The notes under the pieces: generated by a model
Told to the model about the DNA's origin: nothing
The model's database searches: none
What the model saw: the letters and a program-made list of their open reading frames with translations, nothing else
Program-made: the position numbers and the translations under genes
Sequence record: Ga0255743_10003138
Direction: 5' to 3' (one strand)
DNA from: a metagenome
DNA: 13,228 bases
Shown: in pieces, positions 6,267-13,228 of the stretch
Layout of the letters: every line of letters starts with the position of its first letter
Numbering within the stretch: the first letter of the stretch is position 1

Positions 6267-8552
6267 ATGTCTCTGACGACGCAGAACCGCCCCGTCGTCG
6301 GGTCCGCCGGACGACGGCGAGAGACCCCGCTGTGTGGACGGCGGACGACGCGGACGACGCAGAGATGTCGACGTGTCCACGAGGCGACTGGTGCGCACAA
6401 CGGAAATGCCGTCGAAATGGTTGCGCGGACGACGTCGACGCGCGGAGGGGAGGGGTTATCGTTGAGCGGTCGACGAGTCAACGCGTGCGTTGTCGTCGCG
6501 CGCGATCGTTCGGGGCGAACGCTGCGGGTGCGGACGGCGGCGATTTCGTCATCGACGAGCGGTGAGGATTCTTCCTCTTCTTCAGACGAGTCGCTTCGCG
6601 GCTCGACGGAAGGAACGTTTGGGAACCCGGATTCGAGCGGGTTTTCTGACGTCACTTCGGCTGGGGCGAAACCGTTATTTACGGATCAAGACGCAAAGGA
6701 GGATGCGGCGGCACGGTTGGCGAAATTGGAGTCGTTGACGGTTTTGAGGGAGCTGTACAGCACGGTGGTGGACTGCGAGGCGAACCTCGCTGATGATTAC
6801 TTTATTCGTCACGCCGATGATGAGTCAGGGGAGGAGTCTTCAAAGCTGCTCGATGGGAAGAAACTCAGTGAGTTTGCGGTGCCGAGTCCAGAGTTGGAAG
6901 AGGCTATCAGCGCGCTGGAGGAGATGTTAGAATCGATGAAGGAGCTCGAAGCGGAGAAGGACAAGTTGCGTTCGGCGGCGACGATGATGGATGGCAAGTG
7001 GGAGATTCTCTTTGAAGACGCCGATGCGGTGAGAGATCTTTTGACGCAAAAGTTTTCCGATTGCGCCGATCGTGTGGAGGATCGTTGCAGAGAGATGAGC
7101 AACTACCTGCCGTACGAGTCGTGCGAACGTGCGGAGCGGGCACTCCAAGAGGCGCAGAGCGCCCTCGAGGCTGCGCAGGAAGACGCCGGAGAGTCCCAGG
7201 TTGGGGCTCGACTTCGTCCGCTCGGTCGTAAGGTTGGTAGAATCACTTCGAGAGGCGTTCGAAGCGCGGGTGTTTTAGGAGAGGGTCTCACGCAACTCAG
7301 AGCAAAACCTCGCGAGTCCATCGCAAACGTGGCTGAGTACTCGCAAGGGGTGTGGGCGCGTATCAACGGTCTCAGCGTGGGCGAGACTGGGGTGGTAGAA
7401 GTGTTAAAGTCATTCCCTGTGCCGCGCGTGAGCAAAGACAAGCGCGACGCGCGCATCTTGCGCTTGCTTATCGAGGTGCAGGATAGAGACAAGGCGTTGA
7501 CCGAGGCGCAAAAGACGAGAGACGGCATCATGGCCCAGGGAAGGAGCTCGCTTCTCTCTCGCGTCGCCCTGGGGGACAAGATTCGTGAGTGCGACGAAAA
7601 AGTTTCGACGCTTAGACGGGTTTTCGCCGTTCGAACGCTTCAAATGGAGATGGAGCGCATCATCTTGGCGCTCGAGGAAGAGTTGGCCACGCCTCCGGAT
7701 CGCTTGTCCAAGGCGGAACTTAACGACATGCAGCTCATGGTGGCGGAGTTTGGAGTGATGGATCTCTCCTTGCGTCGATTGATTTCTCTCGTCGATCGTC
7801 AAGAATCTCAGCTCATCGACGACGAGGATTTGTCCAAGTTGGCAATGGAAATTCCAGACATGAAGCTCCGCTTAGCCATCAGAGACGACAACAACGCCGC
7901 CATGTCCATGGATCTCATGCGTGAGCGTTTCGTTTTAACCATGCAAGAGTCTGGCGCTACCATAAGAGAGGGTGGTACCTTTTTGTTCCGAGGCGTCAAG
8001 CTCCTCGGATCAGACATTGGCACGTCGTTGCGCCTCTTCATGCGCGCCGCGTTCGGCACCACTCTGCGACCTCGCGAAGTGCAAGTTGTCCGCCGCACCT
8101 TTCTCGATGTTTTCACCTTTGTCCCTTTTATGATCATTCTGATCACTCCCATCACTCCCGTTGGTCATGTTTTGGTCTTTGGTTTCATTCAGCGTTACTT
8201 TCCGCAGCTTTTCCCGTCTCAATTTACCTCGAGACGACAAGAGCTCATGCAAAAGTACGAAGAGCTCAAGGAACAGCTCGCTGTGGCGGAAGAAGCCGCT
8301 GACGCCGCCAACGAGAGCGAAGCCCTGCGTCGGGCCGTCGCAGCGGTGAGTTCAGTCAAGAGCATGATTAGTGGCGCCGTGAGCGACGTCACTGAGCGAC
8401 TGGAGTCTGCGAGCGAGCAAGTCGCCGCCGTTGACGGCGCCAAAGAACAGCAGCGTCTGGAAGCGCTTCGCACGGAGATTGATCAAACAAGCGCTCGACT
8501 AGCCGGTTCGGACGACGATGACGACGAGGAGAAGGATGATAAGAACGATTAG
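6267..8552 (+). CDS. LETM1-like domain protein with an Arg/Ser/Thr-rich N-terminal presequence and long coiled-coil-like regions
   Basis: ATG..TAG ORF of 761 codons. The C-terminal block FRGVKLLGSDIGTSLRLFMRAAFGTTLRPREVQVVRRTFLDVFTFVPFMIILITPITPVGHVLVFGFIQRYFPQLFPSQF matches the LETM1 core pattern (G..LL..D...RL....G..L..RE....R...D.F..VPF....P........FP...PS.F), including its membrane helix. The first ~90 residues are nearly free of acidic residues (presequence-like). Confidence 0.7.
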   Translation: MSLTTQNRPVVGSAGRRRETPLCGRRTTRTTQRCRRVHEATGAHNGNAVEMVARTTSTRGGEGLSLSGRRVNACVVVARDRSGRTLRVRTAAISSSTSGEDSSSSSDESLRGSTEGTFGNPDSSGFSDVTSAGAKPLFTDQDAKEDAAARLAKLESLTVLRELYSTVVDCEANLADDYFIRHADDESGEESSKLLDGKKLSEFAVPSPELEEAISALEEMLESMKELEAEKDKLRSAATMMDGKWEILFEDADAVRDLLTQKFSDCADRVEDRCREMSNYLPYESCERAERALQEAQSALEAAQEDAGESQVGARLRPLGRKVGRITSRGVRSAGVLGEGLTQLRAKPRESIANVAEYSQGVWARINGLSVGETGVVEVLKSFPVPRVSKDKRDARILRLLIEVQDRDKALTEAQKTRDGIMAQGRSSLLSRVALGDKIRECDEKVSTLRRVFAVRTLQMEMERIILALEEELATPPDRLSKAELNDMQLMVAEFGVMDLSLRRLISLVDRQESQLIDDEDLSKLAMEIPDMKLRLAIRDDNNAAMSMDLMRERFVLTMQESGATIREGGTFLFRGVKLLGSDIGTSLRLFMRAAFGTTLRPREVQVVRRTFLDVFTFVPFMIILITPITPVGHVLVFGFIQRYFPQLFPSQFTSRRQELMQKYEELKEQLAVAEEAADAANESEALRRAVAAVSSVKSMISGAVSDVTERLESASEQVAAVDGAKEQQRLEALRTEIDQTSARLAGSDDDDDEEKDDKND

Positions 8553-8773
8553 AGCCCGGCGGTATAGAAAGTAGCCCAAACGCGCGAAAGATAGACGAAC
8601 GTGCTTTTTTAAACAGAAAACGCGAGCAGCGTGCAGTGAAAATCATAACTACTCGACAACCTGCGGACATCCTCCTCACTCGACGTTGCGCGCGAATGCG
8701 CGTCGCGCAAGGAACCCACGCACGCGCGAACGCTCTGTATTCACACAATCGTCCGCGCGTCCCGCAAAGAAGG

Positions 8774-8953
8774 ATGACACCGGCACCGACGCAGAAGCGT
8801 CAAAAGACTGGAACGACTGCGCAAGCTGCGAGCGCTCAAACCGTCGTCGCTGGGAACTCTTGGTCGTGGCCGCGAGACACCCCCGTCGGACACCACGTCG
8901 TCGGTGAGAGTCATCGGGTGAAAGGGCTTCACTTGACGGATCACTTTATCGCG
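8774..8953 (+). CDS. Prolyl aminopeptidase, predicted exon 1
   Basis: The ATG at 8774 is in frame with ...SHRVKGLHLTDHFIA. The exon ends directly before GTGCGT. Joining it to 9052 restores an H-x-F-x-x-P-L-D-Y block that I recall as conserved just before the catalytic domain in this S33 subfamily. In-frame ATGs at 8636 and 8696 are alternative starts. Confidence 0.55.
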
Positions 8954-9051
8954 GTGCGTGCGGTTCGCGACGACTGATAACGGCGACGTGGCTGGTTGAG
9001 TGATTAAAAAGTGACTGACTGACGCAAACTGTACTTCGCGCGCAACTGCAG
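8954..9051 (+). other. Spliceosomal intron (98 nt, phase 0, GT-AG)
   Basis: Donor gcg|GTGCGT. Branch-like gtgaCTGACTGACgc lies about 33 nt before the acceptor ctgCAG|gcg. In-frame TGA TAA at 8975-8980 closes the upstream ORF. The downstream ORF has no ATG and the track starts it at TTG 9058. Confidence 0.6.
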
Positions 9052-10428
9052 GCGCCTTTGGATTATTATTCCGCGTCAAAGGCGAACATCACCGGTGAGA
9101 ATGTCGCACCAAATCTGATCAAGGTGTACGTTCGGGAAGTCGTGAGCGCGGCGCGGGGGAAGATGAGCGCTGAGGAGCGGGCGGCGTTGCCGTGTGTGCT
9201 GTTTCTGCAGGGCGGCCCCGGGTTTGAGTGCGGCCGACCAGACGCGGATGGAGGATGGGTGGGAGAGATGGTCAAGGAGCATCGCGTGTTTTTACTCGAT
9301 CAGCGCGGTACGGGGAGGTCGAGCGCGGAGATTGTTAGGTTTAACGAGGATGGTTCGTGTAAGGTGGCCTTTGAGGAAGGCCAGGGGGCGACCGCTGACG
9401 TACACATGGGCCGAATGTTGGCGCAATGTTTCAGAGCGGATTCGATTGTCGAGGATGCGGAACTGTTTCGCAAGACGGTTCTCGGTAAAGAGCAAAAGTT
9501 TACGCTTCTCGGACAGTCGTTCGGTGGGTTTTGCATCACGACGTATCTCTCGATGCACCCCGAAGGCGTGAAGGAGGCGCTCTACACGGGTGGTCTACCG
9601 CCGTACGTGGAGAAGGAAGCCGCGGCTTTCGACGCGTACGTCAAGCTCTTCGAGAGAGTACGCGTTCAAAACGAAAAGTTTTACGCGCGCTTTCCGGGAG
9701 ACGTCGAGCGTGTGAGGTATCTGTGCGAGTACGCTCGCAAGAATGAGGCGTCGCTGCCTGGCGGAGGAAGGTTGAGCGCTGAAGTCGTGCAGGCGCTCGG
9801 ATTTTCCAACCTAGGCACGGCGTCCGGGATGGAAAGGCTGCACTATATCTTAGAAAACGTCGATGTGGAACCAACTTTTGCTGTGCCGCTGGCGCACAAG
9901 CTTCTCATAGAGATTGAGAATGCGTTCAGACACTTTGAGACGAACCCATTGTACGGCATTCTTCACGAATCAATTTATTGCAATGGTGGTAACGCCTACG
10001 GCGGCGCCGAGAAGGCGAAAGCCAAACTTTCCGGAACGTCATTCGACGTCGACGCCGCGCTCACGACGCCTGGGCAAAAGATTTACTTCACCGGAGAGAT
10101 GGTTTTCGATTTCTTTTTTGACGACATTCCTGCCCTTGCGCCGTACAAAGGCGTCCTCGACTGTCTCAAATCCGGCGACACCGGTCAGTTTCGCCGGTTG
10201 TACGATGCCCAAGCGCTCTCTGCGAATGATGACATTCCGGTCGCTTGCGCCAGTTACGTCGAGGACATGTTTGTCGACTTTGATCTTGCCGCAGAAACCG
10301 CCAGCCGAATCGCCGGCGCTCGCGTCTGGAGCACGTCGGAATACATGCACTCTGGCATTCGCGAAGACGGCGCGAGAATCGTCTCCAAGCTCCTCTCCTA
10401 CGTCAGAGACGAGGATCCAATTCGTTAA
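9052..10428 (+). CDS. Prolyl aminopeptidase / proline iminopeptidase-like alpha/beta hydrolase (peptidase family S33), exon 2
   Basis: Contains LFLQGGPGFE (oxyanion region), VFLLDQRGTGRS and the nucleophile elbow LLGQSFGGF. The ORF is long and uninterrupted to TAA 10426-10428. Confidence 0.85.
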   Translation, partial: APLDYYSASKANITGENVAPNLIKVYVREVVSAARGKMSAEERAALPCVLFLQGGPGFECGRPDADGGWVGEMVKEHRVFLLDQRGTGRSSAEIVRFNEDGSCKVAFEEGQGATADVHMGRMLAQCFRADSIVEDAELFRKTVLGKEQKFTLLGQSFGGFCITTYLSMHPEGVKEALYTGGLPPYVEKEAAAFDAYVKLFERVRVQNEKFYARFPGDVERVRYLCEYARKNEASLPGGGRLSAEVVQALGFSNLGTASGMERLHYILENVDVEPTFAVPLAHKLLIEIENAFRHFETNPLYGILHESIYCNGGNAYGGAEKAKAKLSGTSFDVDAALTTPGQKIYFTGEMVFDFFFDDIPALAPYKGVLDCLKSGDTGQFRRLYDAQALSANDDIPVACASYVEDMFVDFDLAAETASRIAGARVWSTSEYMHSGIREDGARIVSKLLSYVRDEDPIR

Positions 10429-10537
10429 TTTCTCACCACTCGACGAGAGACGCCATCGTTCGATGAATGAAACTACTAACTAAAATGTGTTTAATACAAA
10501 TTCGCTTGAGAGCTCCTACGCGCGCTCCAACGCTTCG

Positions 10538-10738
10538 CTAAGACTTTCTTCCATCCTTACCCCCGCTTTCGCTCCCCGTTCCCGCCGCTTTCCGCGCCTC
10601 TTCGCTCGCCGCGTTGTAATGCATGAACCCTTTCGCCGTCGTCGCCGCGAACCACGCGCCGGAGACCACCGTCGTCGCGAACAACCCGAGCGTCGTCGCT
10701 CGAAAGGCGACGTCGACGAGGCTCGTCTTCCCACTCAT
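10538..10738 (-). CDS. Small single-pass membrane protein (hypothetical), probably the terminal exon of a spliced gene
   Basis: ATG..TAG ORF of 66 codons with strongly G/C-ending codons like the neighbouring genes. One hydrophobic helix (TTLGLFATTVVSGAWFAATT) is followed by a charged tail. An AG lies immediately before the ATG, and a TGA lies two codons upstream in frame. Confidence 0.5.
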   Translation of the reverse strand: MSGKTSLVDVAFRATTLGLFATTVVSGAWFAATTAKGFMHYNAASEEARKAAGTGSESGGKDGRKS

Positions 10739-10781
10739 CTTTCAAGACGACGCCGCTTGCTTCACGAACACAAAGACACAC

Positions 10782-10973
10782 GAGCGCGCGCGCGAGAAAG
10801 ATTTCCGCGTATGGATCCCAGTCGCGTTCCGTGACGTTTCTCGCGTTCGCGTCGTCGTCGAGTGACGGATCACGAGCAAAGTTGGCTTTCCAATCTTTGG
10901 ACTTTTCTTCCAGGCACGTAGCCCCTTGAACGCGATATTGGTTGGGCGGTTTGGATTCGATCACGTCGGTCAC
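10782..10973 (-). CDS. Candidate upstream exon of the small membrane-protein gene (boundaries unresolved)
   Basis: An open frame with no ATG reads ...CLEEKSKDWKANFARDPSLDDDANARNVTERDWDPYAEIFLARAL and has normal protein composition. It turns into Arg/Gly-rich nonsense exactly after a GTGTGT at 10781. Splicing 10782 to 10738 (43-nt GT..AG, phase 0) joins the two frames. Confidence 0.3.
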
Positions 10974-11218
10974 GAGGAGTGAGTAATGAGTCGTGAGATT
11001 GTATTAAAGAAGGGAAACAAAGAAGGATTGAGTACGGTGCGCTCGTCGTCGTTAATCGTCTCGCGGATAGATGGACGTTGGACTGGATGGAACCTAGGAA
11101 AAAAAACAAAGCAAACAAAGCGAGGCGACCTCTTTCCTCATTGAGCCGACGCGTCGAGCGACGGTGGTCGATGCTCTCTTCTTCTTTTTGTTGCGATGGT
11201 CGTCATCGTGATGGATGA

Positions 11219-12955
11219 TTACCACCCGTCTTCGTCTTCGTCGTCGTCAGACCACGCAGCGTCGGCGACGCCCGCCGTTGGAGCGGCGCTGCCGGCGGCG
11301 GCGGGCGCGCTCACCATCATGTGCTTAAACTTGTCTTCGACGGCAATGGTAACCCCACTGTCCGTTTCGAGGACGGCGGCTTGGTGTTGACGACCCTCAC
11401 GCCAGGCTTTGGCTTCTTCGCGCTCCTTGGCGCGTGCCTCCTTGCCCGTCGCAAAGGCAAACGCGTTACCCGCCTCGAGTTCCATGAGCGCGCGCTTGAT
11501 TTGCGCCACGATGAACGAGTCGCGATCCGTGTAAAAGGACGTGGAGCGACCAGACATACCGGCGCGACCGGTACGACCGATGCGGTGGACGTAATCCTCA
11601 AAGTTGCGAGGCAAGTCCATGTTGACGACGTGCGCGACACCCTTGACATCCAAACCACGCGCGGCGACATCCGTGGCAACCAACACAGAGCAACGTCCCT
11701 CCTTGTAATCCTGGAGAGCCGCCTCACGCTCCGCCTGAGATCGTCCACCATGCAACGCGGCAGCCGGAACGCCTTCCGCGTTTAATAACTCGGCAATCTC
11801 ATCCGCACGGTTCTTGCGCTCGACGAAAACCACCGTCATGGGCATGTCCGAGCCGAGCTTGGTGGCTTCATTCTTCTCCCCAATCAACATGGCAACCAAT
11901 CTATTAACCTTTTCACCATCAACGACCTTTTCTAAGTGTTGCGACACGTTCGCCGTCGGAGCGCTCGTTTGACCAACCTTCACCTTGACCGGCTTGTTGA
12001 GGTACTCGCTCGCCAAAGCTTCAACCTCGCTCGGCATTGTCGCGGAAAAGAGGAGCGTTTGATGACGCTTGGGCAAGTTCATCAACACTTCTCGAATTTG
12101 CGGCTCGAAACCCATGTCCAACATTCTGTCCGCTTCATCCAAGACTACGAACGAAACGCGAGCGAGGTTGGTGTTACCCTGTTGCAAGTGATCGAGCAAT
12201 CGACCGGGCGTGGCGACGATGATTTGCACGCCACCGCGCAACATGGAACGCTGTTCGTACATATTCGTACCGCCGACAATGATGGCTGTTCTAAACCCCT
12301 TTGAGCTTCTCGAAAACGTCTTCCCCTCCGCTTCAATCTGTTGCGCCAACTCTCTCGTCGGCGCCATAACAATCGCAAACGGCCCATCACCCTGACGCAA
12401 CGGCGGTTGGTTCAAACAGTGCTGCACCATTGGAATGGAAAACGCCGCCGTCTTCCCGCTCCCCGTCTCGGCACACCCGAGCACATCCCTTCCGCTCAAA
12501 ATCACCGGAATCGCCTGCGCCTGAATCGGCGACGGTTTATCGTACTCTCTGTGTCGAATATCCATCATGATATCCTTACTCAGATTCATATCCTCGAACG
12601 ATTCGATCGCCGACGGTGCCTCGGCTTCGTTCTCCGGAACCTCCACCGTCACCCCGAGCCGGTCACGAATCTCCGTCTTTTGTTCCTCCGTCAGCGCCTC
12701 CACCCGCGCGCTCGGCCGCCAATTCGCAAAAACCGCCGCGCCAGAATCTCTCCCACCGCCCTGTCCCCGTCCGCTCATCACCGGCGGCGCGCGGTCACCG
12801 GGTCCGTACGACGACCCACCGGGTCCGCCGCCGAAGGATCGGTGTCGGTCTGATTGTTGGTCGTTTCCTCCTCTGCTCCTCTCCGGCGGCGGCGCCGCGC
12901 CGGCACCGCCGTCGGACGATCCTCCGCCTCGCAAGTGCGGCGGAACGTACCCCAT
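11219..12955 (-). CDS. DEAD-box ATP-dependent RNA helicase (DDX41/Abstrakt-like core) with a Gly/Arg-rich N-terminus and an acidic C-terminal tail
   Basis: ATG..TAA ORF of 578 codons carrying the full motif set: Q motif FEDMNL...PSPIQAQAIP, I AETGSGKT, Ia PTRELA, Ib TPGRL, II DEAD, III SAT, V TDVAARGLD, VI HRIGRTGRAG. By eye, similarity to human DDX41 extends well beyond the motifs. Confidence 0.9.
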   Translation of the reverse strand: MGYVPPHLRGGGSSDGGAGAAPPPERSRGGNDQQSDRHRSFGGGPGGSSYGPGDRAPPVMSGRGQGGGRDSGAAVFANWRPSARVEALTEEQKTEIRDRLGVTVEVPENEAEAPSAIESFEDMNLSKDIMMDIRHREYDKPSPIQAQAIPVILSGRDVLGCAETGSGKTAAFSIPMVQHCLNQPPLRQGDGPFAIVMAPTRELAQQIEAEGKTFSRSSKGFRTAIIVGGTNMYEQRSMLRGGVQIIVATPGRLLDHLQQGNTNLARVSFVVLDEADRMLDMGFEPQIREVLMNLPKRHQTLLFSATMPSEVEALASEYLNKPVKVKVGQTSAPTANVSQHLEKVVDGEKVNRLVAMLIGEKNEATKLGSDMPMTVVFVERKNRADEIAELLNAEGVPAAALHGGRSQAEREAALQDYKEGRCSVLVATDVAARGLDVKGVAHVVNMDLPRNFEDYVHRIGRTGRAGMSGRSTSFYTDRDSFIVAQIKRALMELEAGNAFAFATGKEARAKEREEAKAWREGRQHQAAVLETDSGVTIAVEDKFKHMMVSAPAAAGSAAPTAGVADAAWSDDDEDEDGW

Positions 12956-13078
12956 GCTTCGCTTCTCGAACCGACGGGCGGGCGATCAATGGCGGGCCGG
13001 AGAGGCGTCGCCGCGACGAAGAGGCGCGATTTTCGTGCGGATCCCACGCGGGCGGTCCAGTTTTAGACTGTTTGTGCA

Positions 13079-13085
13079 TATAAAA
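13079..13085. promoter_or_regulatory. TATA-like element (TATAAAA) upstream of the helicase start codon
   Basis: The exact heptamer lies about 125 bp upstream of ATG 12955, in an AT-richer stretch. Its orientation and target gene (the helicase or an off-window divergent gene) cannot be decided. Confidence 0.25.
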
Positions 13086-13228
13086 TGAACACACGCGAAA
13101 ACGTCGCGAAAACCACGTACATCGGACTCGAGCACGTGTAGTATGTGAGCCCGATGTCGCAATTGTATGGGTAAACAGTACAATCGTTTTGTGACATCGT
13201 CGCTCCTTCGCACGTCTCGGCTGCCCAT

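Noticed and set aside
10736-10805. Across the predicted 10782/10738 splice junction the peptide reads AEIFLARALMSG. This loosely echoes the chlorophyll-binding LHC/one-helix motif ExxNGRxAMxG (E, R, M and G in register).
   Set aside because: The diagnostic Asn-Gly is replaced by Leu-Ala, only 4 of about 11 positions match, and the match depends on an unverified splice junction. It is most likely coincidence.
10623-10865. An 80-aa + strand ORF and a 115-aa + strand ORF (10487-10834) opposite the small membrane-protein gene.
   Set aside because: They are antisense shadow frames with Arg/Val-rich composition and no motifs. The - strand frames show the codon bias of the neighbouring genes.
10870-11118. 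An 82-aa - strand ORF upstream of the small gene.
   Set aside because: It starts at TTG and has pyrimidine-rich, AT-ending codons unlike genuine genes here. The region more likely holds an intron or polypyrimidine tract, or a promoter. It is kept only as part of the unresolved gene-model finding.
12986-13228. An 80-aa - strand ORF beginning with ATG at the very last bases of the window.
   Set aside because: It runs through the AT-richer, TATA-containing region upstream of the helicase ATG. It has no recognisable motifs and no coding-like codon bias. It is probably promoter or 5' leader sequence.
1-13228. A search for CRISPR arrays, transposase or integrase genes, terminal inverted repeats, toxin-antitoxin pairs, restriction-modification genes or other defence and accessory modules.
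   Set aside because: None were found. The only repeats are short microsatellites inside coding low-complexity regions and the small tRNA-flank repeats. All large ORFs are conserved eukaryotic housekeeping genes.

Overview
This window looks like a gene-dense, visibly GC-rich eukaryotic nuclear segment, not a prokaryotic locus. I infer a picoeukaryotic green alga of the Ostreococcus/Micromonas type; this is unconfirmed. I can support seven protein-coding genes and one tRNA gene in 13.2 kb, on alternating strands and separated by short AT-richer spacers. In order they are: an intron-containing tRNA-Pro(CGG) (446-559, -); a KRI1 ribosome-biogenesis homologue (831-3332, -); squalene epoxidase (3609-5192, +); TRAPP subunit BET3/TRAPPC3 (5300-5944, -); a LETM1-like protein with a probable organelle presequence (6267-8552, +); an S33-family prolyl aminopeptidase (+); a small single-pass membrane protein (10538-10738, -); and a DDX41-like DEAD-box helicase (11219-12955, -). 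The aminopeptidase ORF in the track starts at a TTG. I think it is really exon 2, joined to exon 1 (8774-8953) across a 98-nt GT-AG intron, giving the model join(8774..8953,9052..10428). The small membrane-protein gene probably has unresolved upstream exon(s). The gene functions are unrelated housekeeping roles. I see no operon, CRISPR array, mobile element, toxin/defence module or other candidate novel system, and I do not want to manufacture one. The points worth a second look are modest. They are the intronic tRNA-Pro with a nearby partial copy of its 3' end, two gene-model problems the ORF track hides, an inverted pair of telo-box motifs in a bidirectional promoter, one GAC/GTC microsatellite read in three frames inside KRI1, and very tight convergent 3' ends. 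All family assignments come from recognising motifs by eye and need a database search to confirm.
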